From Thalia democratica (Eukaryota), in the NCBI GenBank assembly GCA_965202585.1, contig OZ241830.1:37882001-37946000 (forward strand): a stretch of 64,000 bases of DNA. Reading direction: 5' to 3'. The notes under the pieces are model-generated. The model was not told where the DNA came from. It searched no databases and saw only the letters and a program-made list of their open reading frames with translations. Position numbers and translations under genes: made by a program. Shown here one piece after another: positions 14,811 to 26,736 of this stretch; position 1 is the first letter of the stretch, and each line of letters begins with the position of its first letter.

Positions 14811-17800
14811 ATGAGCACCAGATATTCCATTTTACTGCTGTTGCTGCTTTACGGCGGGTCGGTTTCCGCCTCTTTCGTGCCCAAGGGACAGAATGATGTC
14901 ATGGAGTTGCGAGACATGCAGTATTGTCCCACCAACCAAATCAAGGAAGACCTGATCCTCAACGTTCCGAGTAAAGACACGTGTCGGGCGTTGTTGCACG
15001 CCAACGATCCCAAGACCTTCAAAGCGGACGTGAGTTTTGCACCGTGGGCTAGTAAATGTATTTGGCAAAATTAGTGTTTTTGCAAGCTTGTTTGTTTTTA
15101 TATTTTGATCATGCACAGTGGAACTGTAATTGAATAAAATAATTTTGCTTTATTAAATGACAAAATTTGTTTTAAGCAGTGTGTATACCTGTTAAAAATC
15201 TTTCATTTTCAACGGGTGCACTACTATTTAAATTTCGATAATTTATATTTTTATATTTTTTTTAAATACCACAACTCAAAAAGTAATATGTATTTGATAA
15301 ATAAAAATAAGGTTGCCAAAAAGCCTAGAAAAACCTGAAATTTTACTAATTAGGCTAAAAGAAACCTGAAATTTGAGAAAGAGAAAAAAAACTGTAACTT
15401 TGAACAGTTTCACTAAAAGGCCTGAAAGTTAAAACAACGTTTACATGTTAAGTAGTAAAATTTTAATTTGCTTAAAAAATTAATTGTATTAATAAAAATT
15501 TTTGTCATCATCAAATTTTAAAATTAAAACACATTTAAAGGAGCATTAAGGTATATTTTAATGTTCTTATACTATTAAGCATAGATTTTACCTTCAACTT
15601 AATTTAAGTTTAAAAATAAACCCTAAAACGTGTAATTTTAAAAACCTCGAACAAGTTTTTAAAACCTGGAGAAAATTTTCCGAAAAACATTTCGGTTACC
15701 CTGTAAAAAATGCGTATGTAGGTTACATTTATAACTACAAACACTTTTTTTTTCTATTAGGTTTTTATATATTTTAAGAGATATGGCTAGGTAAGTTTTA
15801 TATTATATTAATTTTAATAAACTAAAAAAAAATCAATAGTTTTTTTATTAATCCCAAGAAGTGTTTGTAGGTTTTAGTTATACCTAATATATATTTTTAT
15901 TAATATTAGGTATGAGTTTTACATACCTATTTCTAAAATATACATATATTACTTTTTGAGTTGTGGCGCTTTTAACAAATTTACAAGAAATCAAATTCTC
16001 GTAATTTTAACTGTCTGAAATTGAATTTTCATGTAACCGTCTTCGAAAATCTGATAAAGTTTTATGAAGCTTTTTTCATTGAAAATATATTATAAGTAAT
16101 CTTAAGTTCCAAGGACATAAAAAGATAACCTAATTACTTATCAAGTGAAAATTAAATAAACTTAATCTGTTTTTAAAACGAATAAGTATTGAATGTAGAA
16201 AGAGTAACAAGTACAGGATTTCCAAAATTCTGGAAGCTTTAAAAATCCCGTATTTTACAATTAAGGCTGAAAAAAATGAAAAACTTTAAAAAAAACGTGG
16301 AATTTAAACAAAAATCACTAAAAAACTAGGAAAAACCTAGAATTTCAAACAATTTTTACATGTTTAGTAGTAAAATTTTAATTTTATAAGAAAAATCTAC
16401 CATATAGGTTAAAAAATTTTAATATCTTTGAAACATTTTTATATGAAAAAATATTTTATTTATTTAAGATTATTTTACAGTATCTTTTTAATGTTGTTAC
16501 ACTTAAGAGGGTTGCCAATCTTGAATCCTGGAATTTGACAATCTGGAATTTTAAACATATTTTACATGTTATTTTAGTGTTTTATTTGTTACGTTTGGAC
16601 GGTTAAAAGTATAACAATTCAGGTTTATGTTTTTACAAAATGTTAGAAACAGATGTTTGAAATTAAAAATTTACTGCTGTATTTAAACTTCGTCTTGTTT
16701 GCATAAAATATTATGAATAAAAAAAAAATCAACGTTATTTCTGTTGCCAACCCAGTAATTTTATGGTAGCATTATATTTAATTTAGACAAGAATCACAGT
16801 TTAAAAATTAGTTGTGAGGTGAAATTATATTTCTAAACAGTACTATCGACTGAAAATTTGTTAAGAGAACAAACGAATAAAATTTAATGATTTGAATTAA
16901 TGACTTTAAACCTTTTAAATCGAAAAAAAAGCAACTGGTAAAGTGCTTAAAACTCCGTAAAAAAACTAAAATGAAAAAAGGCTATGACTCTAAACTAATT
17001 TTTAGTTGCAATTTACTTACTAAATATCTGAATACAACTTTACTTAAAAACTTAAGATAAATTGTGAAATTTATATATAAAGCTATATACATGATAGGAA
17101 AATATAAATTTATTCCTTAAAGCATGCTAAAGACATTTAGGACGTGCCGAAACAGCAGAACAATTTGTACATCTTTAATTTTTTTGCATTCAAAATCATT
17201 TGTACCGTCCAGGCTTAAAAACACTTTACTAAATATCAAAAGCAGCTAAGCATTAAGAACAAAAATAACTGCTTTGTCCGTCGGTTACGAAAATTTTAAA
17301 CTATTTCAACAGCTGTACGCGCCGCTGAGCGTTCACCAGACCTACAAGACCTGGTCGTGCAAGATCAAGATCTACACCCACTTCGAAACTTACTTTTTTT
17401 GGACGCTGCAATCTGATGATATTAGCAAGATTAGATATTTTCAAACGCTCGATGACACATACTTCAAGATCCAGGGCAATCCTACGGCCAGAACAGAACT
17501 TAATGAAAAACTGAAAAACGAGGACGAACAAGACCCTAATTCGAACAAGGAAAAATGGGAATATGATCCATTCTTTGAAAAGATCGAAGCGTGGGGGGAA
17601 ATTGGTATAAGAAGCTATGAGGATTTGTGCAGATACATGATTGAACACAAGCATGCGCCCGAGATGGGCGGAGCAATGAAAGAAAGTAATTTTTTAATAA
17701 TTTTTTTTTTCAAATAAGTTTTTTCAAGCACCTTAAAGTTTTAGATGTTGTTTTGTCAAATTGTTCAGTTATTTAGTTTGGAGATTTGACGGTGGTGTGC

Positions 17801-20800
17801 AAAATTATCATAGTTTACTTAAGATTTGTTTTCTTAAAACACAATGTTGAAAGTTGATTTAAGGTTAAAGTTGTTTAATTGCATGCTATTGACTACACTT
17901 TCTAAATTACTAGGCCCGATGTACAAAAATAAGTATCTATCTAAATAACATCGTAAAGTTCAAAACTACTTGCAGTCTTATCATTGAGTTTTTTTTTTGA
18001 TAAAACATAAGACTTTTACGGACTAGTTGAGTTATACTAATCTACTAACGAACAATTATTGAGAATTTGTAGAAAATAATGTTTTAAACACTATAACAAA
18101 ATGTAAACCTACAACGATAGGAACACAAACATAACTCATGTTCTGCAAATTTTATTTAAAAAATGCACTTTTAAAGAAATATCGCCCACTCAATAACTTT
18201 TTTTATTGTTAATATATCACATGAGCATGTGCATTAAGTTTTTGCCCACCTTACTATTCCACTAAAATTAAATGCCTTTCGAAACTCAACAATTTTTTTT
18301 TTCGATCAAAATTCGCAGCCGTTTGTTTCAATTCAAACCTACGTTTTAATTTGCAGTGGGCCACAACCAGTGGGCGGCGAAAAAAGACTACGAAGAAGAC
18401 CAGGTTTTCCATAGCAAGGGCTTTGACTGCGGGGACAAATATAGCTCCGCCGCCAAGGATGTCCTCGAATGGGCGTGGACAATCGGGAACTGCAGAGCGT
18501 GGCTCAGAACGTACGAGGCGCATTTGGAAGTGGACTACATCAAGTACAACCCGGTCAGCAAAGAAGTCAAAGGGCCCATAAGCGAGAAAGACTGGACACT
18601 CCAGTGTCCGTGGACGCATGACAAAGACTTAGACAAAGAAGTGATTAACTACTGCCAGTTAGTTTTGTTCGTTTTTTGGTGGTGATTACTTGATACTTCG
18701 TACATGAATATACATGTTTGTTATAAGTAATTGTTTCGAAGTCAATGCAGAGAAGGTCATCAAGGTCATTAAAGTGTTTTAAGTTGTTAATGGATTGTAT
18801 TTCGACTTTTCTGGTATGTTTTTAACGGTTACATGACAATTCAAATTCCGACAATTAAATTTCTAAAAAAAAATTAAAGGGCCACAACTTTTAAAGTATT
18901 ATATAAGTGACAAAAATAAAAAATATGTATGTTGATCTTATTAGTATCTACAAGCTATTTTTTTATTTTTGTAAAATAATAAATGTTTCTAAAGATATTA
19001 AAAAAGTAATAAAAATAACTATACTTAAAAAAACATTTTAGTCATATCAAAAAATATTTAATATTCTATAAAAAGAAAAAAAAATGCTTGTAGATATTAA
19101 CAAGACAAACATATGTATTTTTTATTTTTCTCAAATATATAATACTTTGAAAGTTGTGGCCCTTTAAATTTTTTTATTAGAATTTGAATTGTCGGAATTT
19201 GAAATATCGTGCACCCGTTTTTAACAATCAAATATTCAAGTATAGCTTCGAAGTCTAGACTAATAGGTTACTTATTTTGTAAACGGAGTAGTTATGGGCA
19301 TGTTTGCAAAATAACAATTACACCTAACTGATTTGTCAGCTGTTAAAAAACAAAGTATAGTTAATTTAAAGACTTTATAAAAAAATGTTTCTTTTATTTA
19401 GTTTTTTACTAAATTGCAGGTCAAACACGGCCATGTACGTGTTCGAAGAATGGAAAACGGTAGATGGAGATCGAAAAAAGGTTGATCTGCCAGATAAAAA
19501 GGGTTGTGCAAAATATGACTATCTTAAGGGTCATAGTGTGGATATCCAGCTTTTTTCTTCCTATGACGGAGGCTCCCCGACAATGGTTATTCCAGAGTTT
19601 GACATGTTTATCAGAGACTTCAGAACGTGTCCCAAGCGCGTCAGGTTGCAAACTTTTCTAAGCCATCTGTTTCAAACTAATCTTATTCTAAGTTAATTTT
19701 TTCTTAATAACAAACAAACTAGAGTTTCGTACCCGCCAAAGTTTTGTTATACAGAGTTTCTTAAGTAAGCAAGTTTCAAATGAAGTTTAAATTGATAGTT
19801 CAATGCTTGTTAATATTTCTAGAATTTTTTTTTTGTCTTTATTCAACTAACACTAGTTATTAAGATGTTTATTATTTGCTATCTTACTTGACTGTAAAAA
19901 TTGATTACATTAGACTGAAGATTAAGATTGAAACAAATTTAGCACAATAAATCAATATGTCAAAATTCAATAAAATTAGATAAAAATGTTTTGCAAAAAA
20001 AAGGTTTGTAGTATAAAAAAACTCTCAAACCAAACTACTTTTAACTTATGAAAAAGCTGTTCACACATGTAACGTTATGTTAAAATATAATTTTTCATTT
20101 TGTATTTTAGAGAATGCCATGAAGACTACGAGACAATGCTATGTACAGCAGGTGGATTCATGATTGGTTCACATGAATTTACTAAAGAACTTGCAGATAT
20201 AGAATTGGGAAAAGCCGTCCAAAGAAACAAAAATGAGGTTTACGCAGCTTTATTTAGAACTAAACACATGCTACCCCCTTTTTTTGTAAATGATACATAT
20301 TTAATATAATTTTTTAGACCACCACTAATTCAATCAAATGATTGAAATCAAAAAAAAAAGAATACTTGTTCGTCGGCCTTAAATTTAAAATTAAAACAGC
20401 TACTGATTTTTAAATAAAGCTGCATTTATTATTTTTCTATATAAATATTTAGACCTTAAACAAAATTTTGAACTCTAATATTATTAGTTAAACAAAGTAG
20501 TTTTGTTGAGAAAAATACTTAATTCGTATCTTTATTTTAATATCAACAATTTCCACAGAGAGACTTAAGTCCGGAAAGAGACGCTATGTTTAAGTCATTG
20601 AGCAACGACATTAGTTTGGACATACAACAGCAAGTGAACTACATTGCCTACAAAAACTGCTTGGCTCAACGTGACATGTTCCACACGCTGAAGTTGGCGG
20701 CTGAACACGTCCCAACGAACGTAAATAGCATTTTTAGTTTTCGCAACGAAAGTTGTTTCGTGACGCGCGAACTAGCAGCGCAAAGCGTGTTTAAACTGAA

Positions 20801-21939
20801 GTAAATTATTTTTTTTTCAGGTGGCGCGGGAAGTGACGGGGGACGAAGGGCTGGTCGCCAGTCACCAGCCTTCGGGAACGTTGAGCGTTTTGAACGGTTG
20901 CAAGCGAGTGACCGCCATGTTGCAGCGCAGTCTCAAAGTTTCCGACTACGACAAAGACGGGGGGTTCAAGTTGAAAACGGCGAACCGGCCAGTCATTCTC
21001 TTTGTGAAGGAGCCCGGAACGAAGCCTGTCAGAGGCCAGCTGATGGAAGGCGGATGGATAAAAGAAGGCATCACTCGCTATACGACGAATGATGAACCCC
21101 ACCGGCAGCTCTTTCAAGTTTTAGATCGGATAATCGAGTTTGACGAAAACGGCAATTTCAAGAACTCGTCCGTCCAACCTTCAAAACTCCAGCCTCTAGT
21201 AGCCAACTGGAAATTGACCTTGCACGATCTGCCGTTGGCGGCCTTAGACCAAGCTTCCCAAAAAGCTCAGCCTGACAAGGGCTTGGACGAGATCTCGTTG
21301 GGCCTTGAATTCGGAAAGTCAGCATACGACTCGAGCGTGTATCTGTACAATAAAATGACGCAATACGACGTGACAACCAGCAGACACAATGTTCTGAGAA
21401 ACGATAAACCTAATGGTGATGAAAATCCCGAAGATGAATATAGTAGTTTTGCTAAATTTTTAGATATGATCAACTGGGATTATAACAAATCGGTTGCTGA
21501 AAATTTTAAAAACTACATTTTATTTGATACTTTTTTCGTATCTTTTTCAAAAATATGCGTTACAATCTCTGCAGCATGTATCGCAGTGATTTTCTCAAGT
21601 TTTTTAATGCAAGGAACGTGGTACAACTGTCACAAGTTCATCAAGAACATTAGTGAGTCGCGAAAGGAAATTCGAGAAAAGAACGAAATGAGCAGGTTTT
21701 TGTTGGGGAAAGAAGGAAGCTCGGATGAGGAAAGCTCATACGACTCCGAAGATTCCTCAAGTGATGACTACAGTGATAGCGAAGACTACAGTGATAGCGA
21801 TGACTATAGTGATAGCGATGACTATAGTGATAGCGACACTGACTTTTCCACTGATAGTGATGAGATCACTGATAGTGATTACGATAGCGATAGTGATGAC
21901 GACAGCGACAGTTATTTTGACAGTGAAAACTCATCATGA
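14811..21939 (+). CDS. gB-like class III fusion glycoprotein, paralogue A (7 coding exons, about 841 aa)
   Basis: Exons 14811-15029, 17313-17685, 18357-18657, 19420-19644, 20111-20237, 20559-20720, 20821-21939. All introns are GT-AG, with phases 0,1,2,2,0,0 giving one open frame of 2526 nt. Signal peptide MSTRYSILLLLLLYGGSVSA; YCP..C N-terminus; TAGGFMIG; YIAYKNCL..AAEHVPTNVAREVTG..GTLSVLNGCKRV; NRPVILF..VRGQLMEGG..PHRQLF; TM ICVTISAACIAVIFSSFLM; acidic tail. Confidence 0.85.
15212..16040. mobile_element. Foldback MITE (ACGGKTRCA termini) in intron 1 of gene A, with a MITE family 1 copy nested at about 15308-15703
   Basis: acgggtgcac..ccacaactcaaaaagtaatat on the left and atattactttttgagttgtgg..tgtaaccgt on the right; the family 1 element (aggttgccaaa..ttaccctg) sits between the arms. 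Confidence 0.6.
18825..19218. mobile_element. Foldback MITE (long inverted repeat, about 190 bp arms) in intron 3 of gene A
   Basis: aattcaaattccgacaatt..gggccacaacttt..tatctacaagc on the left mirrors gcttgtagata..aaagttgtggccc..aattgtcggaatttgaa on the right; termini acggttaca / gcacccgt. Confidence 0.75.
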
Positions 21940-22549
21940 TCCGAAGATTAGATGATCGTTAAAAGTAATTATTTTTTAGTTTAAAACTAACTGATTTACT
22001 TGTTTTTTTTTTTTTGCGAATAAATATAATATATAATTAAAAACTATATGTTGTACTCCCTAACGTAAAAATTTACGAAGACATATTATTAAGCTACGTA
22101 AATTATTTTGTATCAAACATGAAGTAATTTTAAACTACATTAGTCTCACTAATTCGTGTACCTCATTTTATACGTTTATTATTTCGTTCTTATTCCTTCT
22201 TAGACGCTAAAGTGAAACCTTTTTGTTTGAAAATATAAAAGTCCATATAATTACAAAAACTTATAACAGTTTTATAGCGTGAAACTTTCTGAAAAGTTGA
22301 AGTTTAAACAACATTTTTTATATAAATAAGTTTCAAAAGTTTTAGTGCTAACCTGGATTATGTTTAATTTGGCTTTCTACAGTTATAAACCTATTTATAA
22401 ATATTTCTTTTAGTAGTTGCTAATACAAAAATGAACACTTTAAAAGTAGTACTGTTCAACCTTAATGCTTGACTCCTTGGTACAACATTCGTGGTTATAA
22501 ATAAAATTTAAACCAAATGGTAAATTTAAAATAAAAAATAAGTCTAGCT

Positions 22550-23760
22550 ATTCTTAATTTGTACACCTGAGACATAAAAGTTCTGGCTTAACTAAAGTGA
22601 AATTTTTTTCATGATTGTAGCTAGATACTACATCTAAAATGAATAACGTCGTCGATTTTTTATAGTTTTTCTCTGATGGCAAAGCCTACTGGTAATGCCA
22701 AACATATTTATTTCTTTGGCTCTAACATAATAATGTACAACTTCTCAACTGAAAAAGAGCACTATAGTGAAAAGCACGTTTCAGACGATTTACCATCGTC
22801 TTCAAATCAACAGTGATGTAGAGCAAATCAAACTGGAAAATATTCTTTCATATGGCAAGAATGTTTTTCTTTTTAAAAACATTTGCCAATAAAGCCATTT
22901 AAATTACGAATTTGAAACTCTTTTAGGCAAACGATCATCTACAGTGTAATTTAAAAAAGATTGAACGTAGTTTAAAGTTAAATTTTTTTCTAACTAAATT
23001 GTTTAATTTTTTTTTATTTCGCTTGTTACTACTTTACAAATCCTATTTTTCAACCCAAATATTAAAACATCTTTAAAAAAGTAAACAACAACAACAACAA
23101 TTTTCAAAATGGTCTGCTTTATCAAACTTACGTACATTTGCCTGCGTTGAACAAACACGAAAGTTTAACGGATTTTTTTTTAACTTTCTGAGTTGTACTT
23201 TATGGTCTTCTAAACAAACGGTGAATCTGTTTTGTTAGTTTGAGACCTTAAAACGCACGTCAGTTCAGTGAAACAAAAACTTTGCAGTTTTTCGTTTCTG
23301 CCATACACCAGCCAGCCTGTTTCGTTTAGATATTTTTCGACCAACATACTGGCAATGACTGTTTCAAAAGTTTGTTTAAAGAAACCTGGAGCTTCGCGTG
23401 TGCTCGCACACTTTTTAAGACGACTCACTTCCGCAACCACCGAACAATCCTGATTTTCAGCGATGCGGCGTCATCGCTCGCAGTGTTTCGTCGGTGCGCG
23501 TTGTGCGGGCGCGTACGGATCTTCATTTTGCATGAAGTTTTCCTGCGGTACGACGCATGTGGTTTGTTTTTAACAAACGCTTGGTTCGATGCGGGTTTCT
23601 TTTGCGGTCGTCGAGTGCCCCTGAAAAACGTGGCAAAGTGGTCTGCTGCGACGAGTGTCCGGGTCGTTGCGACCTCAGAGAACTGAAGGTTTGATTGTAA
23701 CTAGCAACTGTTGAAGTGTGATAAGCCGTTTGTCGAACAAACTTTTACTTGAAGGCTTAA
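22550..23760 (-). pseudogene. Decayed coding relic of unknown product between A and B (duplicated at about 43430-44630)
   Basis: GC-richer island. One minus frame of about 190 codons is broken by three stops (..PLCHVFQGH..C*KQTTC..CER*RRIAENQDCSVVAEVSRLKKC..VEKYLNETGWLVYG). A second segment FDLLYITVDLKTMVNRLKRAFHYSALFQLRSCTLLC*.. also carries stops. Confidence 0.3.
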
Positions 23761-25087
23761 TCGTTTGAACTCCAGTGTTTAATGTTTATTTTTAGCTCAG
23801 TTGAAATTCCCCGTATAAAATGTTCATAACCGTACTTTAAACTTACTTAGAAAATGCAAACGCATGCTAAAGATAATTTAATGAATTTTTGTTGTTTAAA
23901 ATTTTCTTAAGTTAGATTAGATTTTTAGTTGCGGGCCCACTGTGTATTTATTTTAACTCCTTTTGATATTTATAGTTTAAATTGTTACTTAGTCTTTTGT
24001 ATTTTACGAAAAATATTTTTCATAAGTTTTTATCCAATGCACAATTTTACAAATAAGAATTATCAAATTAAGAAAGAATTAAATACTAATACTAAGATTT
24101 CATAGTTTTGAATGTATCTTATTGTTTAAGTTTATTATGATTTCAAAAAAATTAGTCATAATTTATTGTGTTACTATTATTAAACTGTTTATGTGAATAA
24201 TATCGCATGTTTTTTTCTACTTATTTTGAAACACATTCAGTAAAATTTTACTTTACATACTACAAACTAAACTGAGTTCGTATTGCTTTTTATTTAAACT
24301 GTGTCATTTGGCATACGTACTTTAAATTAAAGTAACATCCGAATTAAAATAATAGTACAATAACTAAGTAACCGACAGAATGTCACTGAACTAAAAATAA
24401 CAGTTTTACTTTTAGGTTTGAATAATCATAACTATCTAAACGCATCTCGGACAACTATGCTTTTTTGTTTCAACTAAAAATGGAAATTGTATTTGGCTTT
24501 AAGTTTTGTAGTTATAAAATTAAAAAGAAAGAAAGCGATACATGTAGTAAGTATTTACACGTAACTTCATCAAATAGTTTTATGTAGTTAATTCATTAAC
24601 TATAGAAATCTTCAAATACAACTTAGAGTTTATCACAATGTTTATTATGGTAAAATTTTTAAAATAGCTATTGTGTTTGAAACATTGTATCCAACTTTTA
24701 ATTAGAATTTCAATTGCGGCTGATAATTTATTATTATTTTAAGCAAAGTTGTTGTAGATTAGAAAATAATAATTTTAAAATTAAATTGAAGAAAAAATTT
24801 AAACAACTTACTTATAACATCGGTTTATAATTAAGTTTCTTGATGAAATTAAATTTCAGATTAAACACAATCTCCTATTTTAAAAGTTTTAAATCTTTTA
24901 GAGTTGTTGAAATAGTTATCAAAATACATTCATCAAATTAGAAGTGATTAGCTAGGCATATAAGATTAAATTTTCATAATTTCCATTTAGCGCACTTATC
25001 CAAATACATTTATGATTATCTTAATTTTAGATTAGATTGGATTAAATTATAAAATTAAAAACTCACAATACTTCGCAAATAAATACC

Positions 25088-25216
25088 ATGCTGCCATCAA
25101 GGATATCTAAAGTTTTTTTTTGTCACACTAGCTGTGGCACTTTTTTGTAAAAGTGTTTTTCTCTAAAATAACTTGCGACACTTTGTTAAGACGAAGCTAA
25201 GACCTTCGAGGCAGAC
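25088..25216 (+). pseudogene. Relic first exon of an additional gB-like paralogue
   Basis: accATGctgc start region, then (t)gcgacactttgtt..acgaagctaagaccttcgaggcagac|GTGAGTTTTG. This matches the 3' end and donor of B/C exon 1, with internal deletions. Confidence 0.7.
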
Positions 25217-25589
25217 GTGAGTTTTGCTGGCTGTGAGTGGCGTAACGATATCAAGTGACAAAATGTATAAGTTTAAATCAAACTTATTTTTAAACTGATA
25301 GAATAAGTGTAAGCTAGTCTAGCTAATGATAACAGCAAATATTTTTGCAAAAATTCTATACTGGGCAGTTATATAAAAAACAGCTTTAAGAATTATTTTG
25401 TATACGATTTACTAGATATTTTTATCAAATTTTGTGAAATTAAAATTCTAGACATAGTTTTATTATGGTCTCAGTCGTACTTAATACTAGTAAAAATTGT
25501 TTGAAAATCATTCTACTTATTTAAAACTTTGTACTAGTTTAATTTTTTGCTCAAACTAATATATAAAACGACTTTAAAAGATATTTTTT

Positions 25590-25971
25590 GTGGTTGCACG
25601 ACTTTTAAATTTTGAATAAATAAAATTCCGTTTATTCAAATACTTTAAAAAAAATTAAGTACACAACTCAAAAAGTAAAATATTTTTATTTTAATGTACA
25701 AGCAGGCCTAAGAGATACCTACAAACCTTTTCTTTGAAAAGATTTAAATAATTTTGAAGTTACGGTTAAAATAATTTTTAAAATATAGATATTTTTATTA
25801 GTTTGTAAACTTTTATTTTAGAAACTATTTATTTGCAAAAACGAAAAAGTTTTTCTTAGACCTACATACGCACTTTTTATTTCGTTTAAACATATATTAC
25901 TTTTCGAGTTGTGGCCTTTAAACATTTTTTTCAGAACTTAAATGTCTAAATTTGAATTCTTATGTAACCAT
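25590..25971. mobile_element. Foldback MITE, same family as 18825-19218 (duplicated at 46444-46824)
   Basis: ggttgcacgac..cacaactcaaaaagtaa / ttacttttcgagttgtgg..tatgtaaccat inverted arms. Confidence 0.55.
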
Positions 25972-26736
25972 TTAAATGCTATAATAAAGACTAAAATATT
26001 TTAATTTCAAATTCTAATGATGTCAAAAGTTAGTCATAGCCTTATGTTTTTAATGTAACAAACAAAAAACTTAAAGTTTACGTTAAAAAAAAATGTTTTG
26101 TTAAACATACGAATGATTTTATATTTTGTACGTTTACTTATTTTAAAACTTACATAGTAATTTATAAAAAAGTTTAACTGATAAAAGTATTTTTTGTTGT
26201 GAATAAGATGTGAATACTAAATCTAAATGTGAATCTAGATCTAAATGTGAATAAGATTGTTATTGACTTAAAATATTTACATTATGTTTAAACTATTTTA
26301 AAGTAGTTTAAAACGGTCGCACGACAATTGAGATTAGGATAATTAAATTTCGGACAGCTCAAATTTATATTAAACTGCCACAACTTAAAAGAATGAACAT
26401 TTGAAATAAATTATTTCTTTTTGAGATATTGTCTTTTAAATATTTATTTTAGAAGTTGAACTGTAAGAAGTTTGATAGTCTAAATTTGAGTTGTTATTTA
26501 ACCATTTAAAAAATTATGGCTTGCATGATTATATGTAGTTTTTACAATTATTTGACTCGATTAGTTACAGCTTAAAAAAATCACTTTCGGCTAAGTAGGT
26601 CTTACTTAAATTTAAACTCCTTATCAATTAAAAAAACGAAATTTTTAGACTAAATGCAATATCAAGATATTAATTTTAAAAACTAAGCAGAAGATAATTG
26701 CTCCTGTCAACTTTAGGCAGACGTTTTAAATATACT

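Noticed and set aside
17313-17420. Rhabdovirus G assignment from the SCK..TYFFW segment
   Set aside because: The length (about 830 aa) and the C-terminal RPxVxF..GQL and helix motifs fit the gB-like branch of class III better.
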